Notes under the pieces: generated by a model | What the model was told of the DNA's origin: nothing | Database searches by the model: none | The model's input: the letters and a program-made list of their open reading frames with translations, nothing else | Part shown: positions 21,029 to 29,772 of the stretch, in pieces | Numbering within the stretch: the stretch's first letter is position 1 | Layout of the letters: every line of letters starts with the position of its first letter | Program-made: the position numbers and the translations under genes | Virus record (IMG/VR): IMGVR_UViG_3300006872_000002 | Coordinates: 1 to 49,552 of that record | From: a virus | Lineage: Duplodnaviria; Caudoviricetes | Length of the DNA stretch: 49,552 nucleotides | Strand: one strand, 5' to 3'

Positions 21029-21219
21029 CCCTGGCCCATGACAATTTGGCAAATTACTATACCACAACGTTTGCTTTGGTCCAGGATCATAAGTTCACAA
21101 TAACAGAACTTGAAAGTCTATTACCATGGGAAAGATTGGTGTATTTAACATTGGTTAAGCAGCGGGTCGAAAAAGAAAACGCAAGAATTCAACAAGCAAA
21201 TGCTCAGAGGAAAAGATAA
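21016..21219 (+). CDS. gp51: gp51-like baseplate hub assembly catalyst, in the -1 frame relative to gp26, no ATG
   Basis: Read by hand: ...LAHDNLANYYTTTFALVQDHKFTITELESLLPWERLVYLTLVKQRVEKEN, the hallmark NYY..F.L...H...TELE..PWER.VY motif. The frame is open from 21016; the only plausible own start is TTG at 21046. Confidence 0.8.
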   Translation, partial: FFRITLAHDNLANYYTTTFALVQDHKFTITELESLLPWERLVYLTLVKQRVEKENARIQQANAQRKR

Positions 21220-23063
21220 TGGAAGTACAACCAAAAATAGAATTGGGTAAAAAGACTCAAAAAGAAATATTAGATGCCCTCAAAAAAATTAAATCAGAAA
21301 TCTCTGAAGCAAAAAAGAGACAGTCAACTGCTGCAGACGTTGCTGCAGACGTGTTAGCCTCTGGGGGTGGACCATTTGCCGCAGTAAAACAAGCATTATC
21401 ATTTAAAGCAGAAAAAACTAAGAAGAGATTAAAGGATCGTTTTGATCCCCTCAACATCATCAATAAAGCAACAGGATCCAAACTTGCTACCGCTATTGCT
21501 GGTAGAGCAATGGGTAGATCGGAAGAATCAATTCGTTCTGCAGCAGGACTTACTCAAAAAGATAAAGGTCCACAGATACCTACCATCGCAGAACAACTAA
21601 AAGAAACTAAAGATGAAAGTAAAGTAACAAGAATAGAAAATGAAAAGATGATCAAATCTTTGGAGTTTATTGCAAAAACTCTTGCAGTTCTTACAAAAAA
21701 AGTATCGGACATATCAGATAAACTTGGGGCCACGAAAAAATTTCGTGTAGAAGAGGGTGATCGATATCGTGATTTGGTCACTGGTAAATTTGCAAGTAAA
21801 GATATGGTAGAAAACGAAAAAGAACAAGCAGATTTTCTCAAAAAAATTTGGATGGAAATGAAGCAGCAAACTCTTCTGACAGAGAAATTTAGAGATGAAC
21901 AGAGGGATCGCGCATCCGCAGAATTATATAAAAAGGAATTTGGAAACAGAAAAGCGGCTATAGTGAAAGATACTGTTCCACAAGTTCAGCAAGAAAAAGA
22001 AGGTGGAATAGGAAGTTGGTTGTCTACCATTGCTAAATTCATTGGACCTGCACTTCTACCATTAGCAGCAGCAATTGCCCCCGTTGTCGCTGCATTTGGA
22101 TTGTTGGGTGCTGCAACAAAGATGGTCTATGACAAATGGGATGATTTTAAATTGTCATTCTCTCTTTTAAAAGATTCCATGATGGATTTTTATGATACAA
22201 TGATATCGACTGTTGGGAAAATTAAAGATTGGATAGTTGATACCTTAACTGCAGGTGGTGATTTAATTATCGATGCTGGAAGATCTGTTGTTAAGGGAGT
22301 AAAGGGTCTTTTGGGATTTAAACAAACACCAGAAGAAGAGAGAGCAGAATTAGAAAAAGAAGCAGCATCAGGAAGTGGATATGCACAACGAAAACTTGCA
22401 AAAGAGGTTGCTCCACAGGCAAAAGTTGAATCAGCAGCAGAAAAATTAACTCCAACAATCACTAATGATATAGAATCCTCATCACAAACTTCAGTCAATC
22501 AAAAATCAATTGACGATGGAACACTAAAACAAAAAGTAATTGATTCTTTATCTGGTGCTGCAGCACCATCTGGGTCTATGGAAGATAAAGCAGCAGTTGG
22601 GAAGGTGACCCAAGCGGTTGCAAAAGTTTATCGTGATACTTATAAAACAGAAGGTCCATTGCGTTCTGATCCACAATTTGAAAAAAGACTTCCTGGTGTA
22701 GTTGATGCAACATTAAAGTCTCTCTCTGAGGGTCTTAACAAATCCTCATTATCAGAAACATCATCCATACCAAAGGTATCTGAACTTCAACCAATTGCAC
22801 CTAAAACAGGAGAAACATCATCCATACCAAAGGTATCTGAACTTCAACCAATTGCACCTAAAACAGGAGAAATGTTATCAAGTGCTGCAGATTTAAAAGC
22901 CGATGCATCAATGCAGACGATGACTCAACAAATAACTCCAATTATCAATAACATACGAAATAATAACGTGAATAACAATTCATTACAACAATCTTTACCT
23001 AACCCAAGAAGTTCAGAATCCTCTTTTATGAGGACAACAACTAGAGACTTTGCTACCTCATAA
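21219..23063 (+). CDS. Tape-measure/baseplate hub gp29-like protein
   Basis: 614 aa, helical and Ala/Lys-rich, central hydrophobic stretch, NNN-rich C-terminus; follows gp26/gp51 (TAATG overlap). Confidence 0.65.
   Translation: MEVQPKIELGKKTQKEILDALKKIKSEISEAKKRQSTAADVAADVLASGGGPFAAVKQALSFKAEKTKKRLKDRFDPLNIINKATGSKLATAIAGRAMGRSEESIRSAAGLTQKDKGPQIPTIAEQLKETKDESKVTRIENEKMIKSLEFIAKTLAVLTKKVSDISDKLGATKKFRVEEGDRYRDLVTGKFASKDMVENEKEQADFLKKIWMEMKQQTLLTEKFRDEQRDRASAELYKKEFGNRKAAIVKDTVPQVQQEKEGGIGSWLSTIAKFIGPALLPLAAAIAPVVAAFGLLGAATKMVYDKWDDFKLSFSLLKDSMMDFYDTMISTVGKIKDWIVDTLTAGGDLIIDAGRSVVKGVKGLLGFKQTPEEERAELEKEAASGSGYAQRKLAKEVAPQAKVESAAEKLTPTITNDIESSSQTSVNQKSIDDGTLKQKVIDSLSGAAAPSGSMEDKAAVGKVTQAVAKVYRDTYKTEGPLRSDPQFEKRLPGVVDATLKSLSEGLNKSSLSETSSIPKVSELQPIAPKTGETSSIPKVSELQPIAPKTGEMLSSAADLKADASMQTMTQQITPIINNIRNNNVNNNSLQQSLPNPRSSESSFMRTTTRDFATS
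22754..22867 (+). repeat. Perfect 57-bp tandem duplication (ETSSIPKVSELQPIAPKTG x2)
   Basis: Identical units at 22754-22810 and 22811-22867. Confidence 0.95.
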
Positions 23064-23117
23064 TGAGTCAGAATTGACTTATACGCTTAGATTTAGAAAT
23101 ATCCTCTCCAAGATACA

Positions 23118-23154
23118 CAAATGCCCGATCATCCCCTAGGGAGTCGGGCATTTG
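23118..23154. terminator. Hairpin between convergent gp29-like and gp32 genes (likely bidirectional terminator)
   Basis: caaatgcccga ... tcgggcatttg 11-bp inverted repeat. Confidence 0.7.
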
Positions 23155-23168
23155 CATTAAACAACAGA

Positions 23169-24074
23169 TTACTTATCTTCTGCTAGATTCTTGAAAAACG
23201 ACATATCGGCATCATCATCGTCTACAGGAGTTCCTGTGGATTGATTTGGTGTAAGTGATTGTGATGGGACAGACTCCTCATCATCCAGATCAGGCATCGA
23301 ACCTTGTGCCGACTCTGCAGTTGCAGACTGAGGAACTGTACCAATAACCTTTGCTCGACGCGATTCTAGTTGATCGTAAGTCTTGAAGTTCTTCTTGTCT
23401 AAAATCTCCTTTAACGAGTATTCCTGTTTCCAAAGTGATTCCATCTTTTCATCTGAATCCGCAATTGGTGACTGAGAAGAAAATTCACTCTTATCATAAT
23501 TCCTATATCCCTCAACCTTACGAATCTTCAATTTAAAATTAGCACCATCCCACAAATCAAATGGACTGAATGCCTGTTCGTCTGGGAACTCAGGATGCAT
23601 CTTTTCATATACCTTATCGAATATTTTCTTCCCAAACTTAAATAACTTTACCTTTCCATCATTTTCTGGTTTAGCAGGATCCGACACCACTAATACGTTT
23701 GCAATATAATGGAGTTTTCTCTTTCTTACACGAACAATTGTTTGATTGGCTTCGATGCCAGTATTCCAGAGAGTGTTATTCCCCTCACACACTGGGCACT
23801 TTCCTTCAATTGTTGTTGGACAATTATTGATGAACCATCCACCTGGACCTTCAAAACTATGAGAGAATAAACGAACCCAAGGGAGACCATCTTCTCCGTC
23901 CTGTGGTGGAGCAGGGAGAAACCGTAGAATAGCATGACCATTACCGGCTTTATCGACAGTGGGTTCCCAAAACCTTTCATCCTGCTTATTACTCTGTGAT
24001 AGTTTTTGAATTTCTTGGGTGAGTTTTTCTACTGAACCACGTGAACGTTTGAGAGCACTGAAATTGTATGACAT
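23169..24074 (-). CDS. gp32: Single-stranded DNA-binding protein gp32
   Basis: DERFW.P.VDKAGNG.A.LRFLPAP, H.FEGPGGW.I.NC.TT....CPVC, FKFGKKIFDK, NYDKSEF, acidic tail. Confidence 0.95.
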   Translation of the reverse strand: MSYNFSALKRSRGSVEKLTQEIQKLSQSNKQDERFWEPTVDKAGNGHAILRFLPAPPQDGEDGLPWVRLFSHSFEGPGGWFINNCPTTIEGKCPVCEGNNTLWNTGIEANQTIVRVRKRKLHYIANVLVVSDPAKPENDGKVKLFKFGKKIFDKVYEKMHPEFPDEQAFSPFDLWDGANFKLKIRKVEGYRNYDKSEFSSQSPIADSDEKMESLWKQEYSLKEILDKKNFKTYDQLESRRAKVIGTVPQSATAESAQGSMPDLDDEESVPSQSLTPNQSTGTPVDDDDADMSFFKNLAEDK

Positions 24075-24136
24075 ATAACCTCCGTATGATTAATATTAGT
24101 TTATCCACAAACCACATGATATGAACGTATATAGTC

Positions 24137-24736
24137 TTACACCAAATAGGTTCTGACACGAACAGAAAGGGATCGTTTATTAATATCCATGAATGGTAGA
24201 TATCTAGTTAACCTCATTTTCCATGATGGAAAAATAATAGTATCTTGTATTTTTCCATTCCAAAATTCAAAACATTCCGTTAAAACATTTATTGCTATTA
24301 AAGTTTCTGGGTTGATTTCGTTTCTCATAGCATAACGAAGTATCCTAGGATATCCATCCTCTTTGTCTATTTGTAATGAGTCTTTTAAATCATTTAATGT
24401 TTTGATGCCAACCTTTTCCAAATCCTCAATTGTTACATATTCTATTGATTCTTTAATCTTCCTTCTATGCAAATATGCATCATGCATAGTTTCACTAGTT
24501 AATTCTCCAACCCACGCTTTCGGGTTTGTGAAAAAAACAGTAGCAACAAAGTATTCTAATTCTTCCTTTGTACCAAATTTCCTGGACAACTTCTGAAATG
24601 AGTACTTGTCTTTTCGATTCTCAAATGTCTCAACTTTACATTTATACGTTTTGTTATATTTAAAATAATCGTAACTATCTGATGTGAAGTGAAGTTTAAT
24701 ACCCTGGTATACTAAGAATGCATCATATCCAGTCAT
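24137..24736 (-). CDS. gp59: Helicase loader gp59
   Basis: Y..IKLHFT...YDYFKYN, F..RKDKY.F.KL. Confidence 0.9.
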   Translation of the reverse strand: MTGYDAFLVYQGIKLHFTSDSYDYFKYNKTYKCKVETFENRKDKYSFQKLSRKFGTKEELEYFVATVFFTNPKAWVGELTSETMHDAYLHRRKIKESIEYVTIEDLEKVGIKTLNDLKDSLQIDKEDGYPRILRYAMRNEINPETLIAINVLTECFEFWNGKIQDTIIFPSWKMRLTRYLPFMDINKRSLSVRVRTYLV

Positions 24737-24737
24737 A

Positions 24738-24971
24738 CTATAATGGCAACTTTGCCCCTCTCTTTGAATTACCCTTCAGGAGGTTTAATTCTTGAACTTC
24801 TAATTTCAGTTGTTCCTTTAATGCTTTTGTTAACAATGATGCTGCAACAACATGTTCCATTTGAGTCTCTTCACAATAATCAACAAGTGTCTCCCATAAC
24901 CCACTTTTTGTTATATTTGCCCTCTTCTCAATCATATCACTGAATAAAGATATCTCACCCCTATTAGGCAT
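24738..24971 (-). CDS. gp33: Late transcription coactivator gp33
   Basis: FS..IE, L...LKE.L..E..ELNLLK...KLPL; synteny next to gp59. Confidence 0.85.
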   Translation of the reverse strand: MPNRGEISLFSDMIEKRANITKSGLWETLVDYCEETQMEHVVAASLLTKALKEQLKLEVQELNLLKGNSKRGAKLPL

Positions 24972-25227
24972 TCTTGTCCATCCTTCCTATATCCTTCAAC
25001 AGAGTAATAGTATTATTGTAATAGGTGTAATCATCTGGTGTCTCATCTATATCACCAGAATATCCAGGTGCAATAAATTCGGTTATGATCCCTAGAGATT
25101 TAGGTTGTATCGTATCCAAAAATACTATAAACGCTTCTCTGAAAGACCTTGCTTTCACCTTTAAGGAATTACCACCAGTGGAGACCTGAATTTCTATAGG
25201 ATTTTTCAATATTCTTTGTCTCGGCAT
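24964..25227 (-). CDS. Hypothetical protein
   Basis: 87 aa ORF, translationally coupled. Confidence 0.6.
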   Translation of the reverse strand: MPRQRILKNPIEIQVSTGGNSLKVKARSFREAFIVFLDTIQPKSLGIITEFIAPGYSGDIDETPDDYTYYNNTITLLKDIGRMDKNA

Positions 25228-25228
25228 A

Positions 25229-25513
25229 TCAGACCTTAGATGTTGCTTTCAAATACAACTTTTCAAATTCTTCATGTTCCATTTTTTCCTGATCAAAACT
25301 CTGCTTGTGGTGAACTTTTACTAACTTGGATACCATCTTGGTTGACAACCCCAATTCCTTCACGAGGGTCTTCTTAGACTCACGAACATAATCCTTTTCA
25401 CCTTCTGCACGAGCCAGAGCATTAGATGTTTCTTTGAGAACTTCCATCAACTTTGTCCTCTGTTCTGTAGTCAAATTTTCAACATCAACTGGTTGTTTCA
25501 CCTTCTTAGCCAT
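25229..25513 (-). CDS. dsbA: dsDNA-binding protein DsbA-like
   Basis: KL..V.KE.S, K.L..ELG...K...KLVK.HHKQ.F.QE..E.EEFE.LY; T4-like position. Confidence 0.75.
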   Translation of the reverse strand: MAKKVKQPVDVENLTTEQRTKLMEVLKETSNALARAEGEKDYVRESKKTLVKELGLSTKMVSKLVKVHHKQSFDQEKMEHEEFEKLYLKATSKV

Positions 25514-25526
25514 AATAATAATCCTC

Positions 25527-26099
25527 CTAAGTTAAGTTTTGACGATCTGTATAAAATAAATGATTTCCTACTTTACCAATATAAACTTTTTCGGTCCTCC
25601 ATTTTGGGTTTACATAATCAGCATGATAATATAACGCTCTGTGCATAGGTGTGCTTATCAATTCTCTTTGCCAGTAATTAGTTAATACCCTCTTTGCAAT
25701 TTCTTTAGATTGTACCCACACATCTTGAATTGGTTTTCTCAATTCATCATCACACCAATATGAAAATTGGCATATTCTCTTTTCGTTGACTAGGTGGGAT
25801 TGTCTGACAACACCACAGATAGTTTTGGGGTACTTCTTACTATAAACTCGGTTTGTGATAACTAATGCAACTGCTTCTTTACCAAGTTCCGATTGGTTTG
25901 CTGCTTCATAATAAATCGCCTGTGCTAAACATAATGTGTCTTGTTTTGATACTTGAAGTGGTGGGATAAATGGTCTCGATATATATCGAGAATATGATTC
26001 CATCGTTGCTTCGGATTCTTCCGTTATTGTTGGACACCATATCAAAGATGTCACCAAACACACAATAATCACTACTAATTTAGTGACGTAATGAATCAT
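25527..26099 (-). CDS. SleB/Hydrolase_2 cell-wall hydrolase with N-terminal hydrophobic anchor
   Basis: CLAQAIYYEA, VA.VI.NRV...YP.TICGVV.Q, CQFS.WC, ALYYHADYVNP.W, GNHLFY. Confidence 0.9.
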   Translation of the reverse strand: MIHYVTKLVVIIVCLVTSLIWCPTITEESEATMESYSRYISRPFIPPLQVSKQDTLCLAQAIYYEAANQSELGKEAVALVITNRVYSKKYPKTICGVVRQSHLVNEKRICQFSYWCDDELRKPIQDVWVQSKEIAKRVLTNYWQRELISTPMHRALYYHADYVNPKWRTEKVYIGKVGNHLFYTDRQNLT

Positions 26100-26113
26100 T
26101 ATGAATACCCCAC

Positions 26114-26809
26114 TTACTTGTTTTCATCATAAAAGGTATCAATGCATTTTTGCAAAATAGGTAGATACTCCTGCTTTTCTCTCACATATACTGTTGGATG
26201 AAGTTCGGTTTCAACTGCCATCAACACAACCAATCTATTAATTTTTACCCCAGTTCTCTCTTCAAACATTTCTGCATACGCTGCGGCTTGAACAAAATAA
26301 TTTAGAATCCATTCTATTGGTTTTGGTTTTTCTGCAGTTTTAAAATCCAATATTGCAATGACACCATCCCATGATACTATAGCATCTGCTCTACCTGCGA
26401 TCTTTAAACGATCAGAATACAATGCTTGTTCAATAGCATATACTATTTTAACGTGGGTGTCAAGTTTTCCTTGAATCTGTAGGAAAAGTTCCTTTGTGGT
26501 GGGCATCATTCCTGCTCTTTCCATAACAGAAAGACCAGACATCATATATTTTTCACATATTAGATGTACACCAGTACCTCTATTTGCTCCCCTCTTGGTC
26601 TTCTTGTCTGCCGCTTCATTACCCACACGTTTACGCCACGCAGTAATAGCATCCCTATTCAAAATTCTTGATATGGTAGAAACGGATGGGTATTTGTTAC
26701 CTTGTGGGGTGATATATACCCTTCCCCCATCTTCACTGGTAATAGAGGGAAGGGTATAATCCAATCCTGGAACGGTGATTTTTTCAAATTTGGATTTCGT
26801 TTCCTGCAT
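26114..26809 (-). CDS. PD-(D/E)XK (Cas4/RecB-like) exonuclease
   Basis: GRVY.TP.G.KYPSV.T, RGT.VH, AGR.D......DFKT, YF.Q..AYA; alternative GTG start at 26827. Confidence 0.85.
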   Translation of the reverse strand: MQETKSKFEKITVPGLDYTLPSITSEDGGRVYITPQGNKYPSVSTISRILNRDAITAWRKRVGNEAADKKTKRGANRGTGVHLICEKYMMSGLSVMERAGMMPTTKELFLQIQGKLDTHVKIVYAIEQALYSDRLKIAGRADAIVSWDGVIAILDFKTAEKPKPIEWILNYFVQAAAYAEMFEERTGVKINRLVVLMAVETELHPTVYVREKQEYLPILQKCIDTFYDENK

Positions 26810-27491
26810 CTTTATATTCACTTTCACGAATAATAAAATCTTTCACGAGTGCATTTCTCACAATATCAGCATGACCAAATTCAATCTTAGCAAAACATTC
26901 CATATCTCCTATGATATTTAAGAAATGAAGGAGACCTTTTCTATCACTATATCGTTGCAAATCACTTTGTCTATAATCACCACTGAATATCAACCTAGAA
27001 TTATCACCTACTCTTGTTATGACTGTCCTGAGTTCGTCATAATTTAAATTCTGCATTTCATCAACAACAATGATGGAATTCTTAAATGTGATACCTCTAA
27101 GATAGGAGGTTGTTGCAAATGTAATTTTCTTTCTTGCTTTCAATTCTTCATATGCAGTTATTTTTTCAAATAAGTCAGTGCATATTTCTCGATATGGTTC
27201 TTCATACACTGAAATTTTTTCTTTCAAAGTGCCAGGAAGATAACCAATTTCTCTAGTCGGTACAACCGATCTAATTATAATGACCTGCTCATAGGTGGAA
27301 TCAATTGCAAGAACAGCATTTAATGCCATATGCATTGAGATGTAGGTCTTTCCCGTTCCAGCAACACCATGAAGAATAAGATTGTATCCTTTATGAAACT
27401 CCTTATATGCTTTATTTTGGTTAATGGTTATTGGTTTTACACTTTTACATGACAAAGGAGCAACTACAGCGGCTACTGGTTTGCGTCCCAT
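26784..27491 (-). CDS. phoH: PhoH family ATPase
   Basis: GVAGTGKT, GYLPG...EK, YLRG.TF, IVVDE.QN, TRVG..S..IF.GD..Q.D, DIVR..LV. Confidence 0.93.
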   Translation of the reverse strand: MGRKPVAAVVAPLSCKSVKPITINQNKAYKEFHKGYNLILHGVAGTGKTYISMHMALNAVLAIDSTYEQVIIIRSVVPTREIGYLPGTLKEKISVYEEPYREICTDLFEKITAYEELKARKKITFATTSYLRGITFKNSIIVVDEMQNLNYDELRTVITRVGDNSRLIFSGDYRQSDLQRYSDRKGLLHFLNIIGDMECFAKIEFGHADIVRNALVKDFIIRESEYKDAGNEIQI

Positions 27492-27511
27492 GCTTTGCCT
27501 TTTCGTTAAGG

Positions 27512-27769
27512 TTAAATTTCTCTAGGTGTGGTATATCTTGACTCCCTACGTTTTCCAAAATAATGTTTTTCAATTGGTGCGATTACATGATTGATAAAGT
27601 CACTCGGTGGTTTGGTGACACCTAATGCAACAGGGTCACCGACATTCATTTGAAGGAAGGTTACTTCATAGTCTGGATTTTCTTTTAAAAAAATTTCCAG
27701 AGCAGCAATAGTCATAAATCGTTCTGTCACTTCACCTGTGGGTTTATGGAGGATGTCATAAGTTGGCAT
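27512..27769 (-). CDS. FmdB-like small regulatory protein
   Basis: MPTY....TGEV.E.FM.I...E.FL..NP. Confidence 0.7.
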   Translation of the reverse strand: MPTYDILHKPTGEVTERFMTIAALEIFLKENPDYEVTFLQMNVGDPVALGVTKPPSDFINHVIAPIEKHYFGKRRESRYTTPREI

Positions 27770-27915
27770 TACTTCACCTTTACAAAACCTGGTACATCAA
27801 TAACTTGTTCATAATCCCGATTGTCAGATAAAAATTTTTGCAATTGTTCATAAGACATGAGGGGAAGCGATTGAGGTTCACCACCATCTTTTTTACGAAC
27901 AGTATAATACGGCAT
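27769..27915 (-). CDS. Small paralogue of the adjacent FmdB-like protein (48 aa)
   Basis: Read by hand: MPYYTVRKKDGGEPQSLPLMSYEQLQKFLSDNRDYEQV; AGGAG RBS; TAATG overlap. Confidence 0.65.
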   Translation of the reverse strand: MPYYTVRKKDGGEPQSLPLMSYEQLQKFLSDNRDYEQVIDVPGFVKVK

Positions 27916-27930
27916 AATCACTCCTTTTAT

Positions 27931-28596
27931 TTAGACAATATCGATAGTTACAATAGGGTTTGTTGGTTTATAATCTAACGTACACGTTGATACATTGTAA
28001 AATTTTGTTTGGCAAGTATCCACCTGGTAGACACCATATCCTTCATGAATATGACCAAAAATGTGTATACGTGGATCTATTCTATCCACCACAGTTCTAA
28101 GAGTTTCATCCCCAACATTAGGATCTTCCCCAACATGTGGTTCACAAAGAAGGTCTCCAATAAATTTTGGGGGACCATGAGTAATCATGACATCAATAAT
28201 GTTATAGTGTCCATTTATGCTGTTCCAGTACCTCTTCCCACGTTCCCCATATCTAGGATAATCATAACACCAATCTGATGGTTCTTGTATAGATGAAGTA
28301 TATGGGGAACCAAAGAAAACAAGACCTTCAATCTCTACAAAATCATGGACTAAAAACATCGCGGGAGAGAATTCTTCTTTTGCCCACGATTCCTGCCCTT
28401 CACATGCCATGTCATGATTGCCAGGAACAATAATTTTATATTTGTGTGGAAGAGACTTTACCCACGATGCAAATTCGACAACATGCTTCTTCTTTGCTCG
28501 CATGGAAAAATCACCAGCATGAATAAACACATCACCATCTGGTACGGAAAGTTTTTTATGGTAACCGTGGGTATCTGATAGGGCAACAATTCGCAT
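27931..28596 (-). CDS. Metallophosphoesterase (MPPED/calcineurin-like)
   Basis: SDTH, HAGD, GNHD, THGPP, FGHIHE motifs. Confidence 0.9.
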   Translation of the reverse strand: MRIVALSDTHGYHKKLSVPDGDVFIHAGDFSMRAKKKHVVEFASWVKSLPHKYKIIVPGNHDMACEGQESWAKEEFSPAMFLVHDFVEIEGLVFFGSPYTSSIQEPSDWCYDYPRYGERGKRYWNSINGHYNIIDVMITHGPPKFIGDLLCEPHVGEDPNVGDETLRTVVDRIDPRIHIFGHIHEGYGVYQVDTCQTKFYNVSTCTLDYKPTNPIVTIDIV

Positions 28597-28610
28597 AATA
28601 CTCCATTGTA

Positions 28611-28669
28611 TGGTGGGGACGAATCCCCACCAACCAGTTACCCTTGATGAAAGGTCTCGGCTAACTGGA
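28611..28669 (-). other. Twin intergenic hairpins
   Basis: tggtgggga-TTCG-tccccacca (minus-strand reading) and ccagtta...taactgg stem. Confidence 0.55.
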
Positions 28670-28670
28670 T

Positions 28671-28991
28671 TTAATTTGAACTAACCATTAAATCTTCTGG
28701 TTTCAACTGCACTGGTGGGGGTTCTATAAGACCACGATTAATCGCATACACCTTCATCTCATCAACATTGATCAATGCAATACTTACAATATTTCTACCA
28801 TTCTTTTTCCTATCAACTTGCGCCCCCATTTTCTTAAGATCCCAAAAATATGAAGGAAGTTTATACATGGGTAAAGTTGATCCCAATGTTTTTTGTATTT
28901 CATCAATGGTTACATGAGCACCATTTGCACTGATTAAGACGATAAGAATTTTTTCTGCTTGTCTTGGATTCTTTCCTTTTCCACGTCCCAT
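28671..28991 (-). CDS. Hypothetical protein, possibly winged-helix DNA-binding
   Basis: 106 aa with its own sigma70-like promoter. Confidence 0.65.
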   Translation of the reverse strand: MGRGKGKNPRQAEKILIVLISANGAHVTIDEIQKTLGSTLPMYKLPSYFWDLKKMGAQVDRKKNGRNIVSIALINVDEMKVYAINRGLIEPPPVQLKPEDLMVSSN

Positions 28992-29019
28992 GTAAAAACC
29001 CTTTCATAACTAATACGTG

Positions 29020-29047
29020 ATTATATCAATAACATAATAAAAGTCAA
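29020..29047 (-). promoter_or_regulatory. Sigma70-type early promoter
   Basis: TTGACT-16-TATAAT with extended TG. Confidence 0.65.
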
Positions 29048-29053
29048 CATTAC

Positions 29054-29266
29054 TTATTTGGATTTAGAGTTATTATTTTTTGTCTTTCTTAGAACACTCA
29101 TGTTCTTCTGATCCTGAGCGACATCAAGAACGCTCAAACGAAAATTCAATGCAACCCCTTCCGGGCATTGCTTGATCTTTCCTCCCTTAGAAGTATATTC
29201 ATCAACCAAAGACTTCAATTCCTGAGAAGAGATTCCTTGTGGTTCTAACAAATCACGATCACTCAT
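29054..29266 (-). CDS. Hypothetical protein (EY..KGGKI.QCP motif)
   Basis: Start reassigned to MSDRDL with GGAGG RBS. Confidence 0.65.
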   Translation of the reverse strand: MSDRDLLEPQGISSQELKSLVDEYTSKGGKIKQCPEGVALNFRLSVLDVAQDQKNMSVLRKTKNNNSKSK

Positions 29267-29441
29267 AATCAATTTCCTCCCTCTCATCAGCAGATTGTTG
29301 TTGTTTCTTTTCTTGATATTTTCTATTCCCCTCACACCACGGACATCCACCATGATTCCTACAACTAGAATCAATAGACTTTGCTTTTCTATACGGTTTT
29401 CGTTTATCCTTACCAGATTTAATTGATTTGTCCAGACTCAT
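29259..29441 (-). CDS. Small basic conserved phage protein (SCRNHGGCPWC)
   Basis: MSLDKSIKSGK..RKPY..AKSID.SCRNHGGCPWC..NR. Confidence 0.7.
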   Translation of the reverse strand: MSLDKSIKSGKDKRKPYRKAKSIDSSCRNHGGCPWCEGNRKYQEKKQQQSADEREEIDYE

Positions 29442-29598
29442 GGCGTCTATTCCAATTATATCCAAATCCAATTTCGTTAGAGCCCAGTGTACATGAACAT
29501 TCCGTACACTCAATAATACATGACTGTCTTCCTGTACCCTCTCGTACAACTACCGCTTCACCCCCACAAAAAGGGCAAGGTTTAAGAGTTATCAACAT
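29419..29598 (-). CDS. Lar-family restriction alleviation (Zn-finger) protein
   Basis: LKPCPFCGGEA...CxxC...WNRR signature. Confidence 0.75.
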   Translation of the reverse strand: MLITLKPCPFCGGEAVVVREGTGRQSCIIECTECSCTLGSNEIGFGYNWNRRHESGQIN

Positions 29599-29743
29599 CT
29601 TTCTTATCCTTACCACGATATTCTTTTTGAACAGAAGATTTCTTTTCTGGTGTTAGTTTTGTGTATTCGGTATACGTCATATTCTTTTTGGATTCTAACC
29701 ACGAACGAAATACTGCTTTGGTCCCAACATTTTTATTTTCCAT
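29582..29743 (-). CDS. Small basic hypothetical protein (53 aa)
   Basis: Read by hand: MENKNVGTKAVFRSWLESKK... Confidence 0.5.
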   Translation of the reverse strand: MENKNVGTKAVFRSWLESKKNMTYTEYTKLTPEKKSSVQKEYRGKDKKDVDNS

Positions 29744-29772
29744 AATAAAATACCCCCATTATTATAAGTAAA

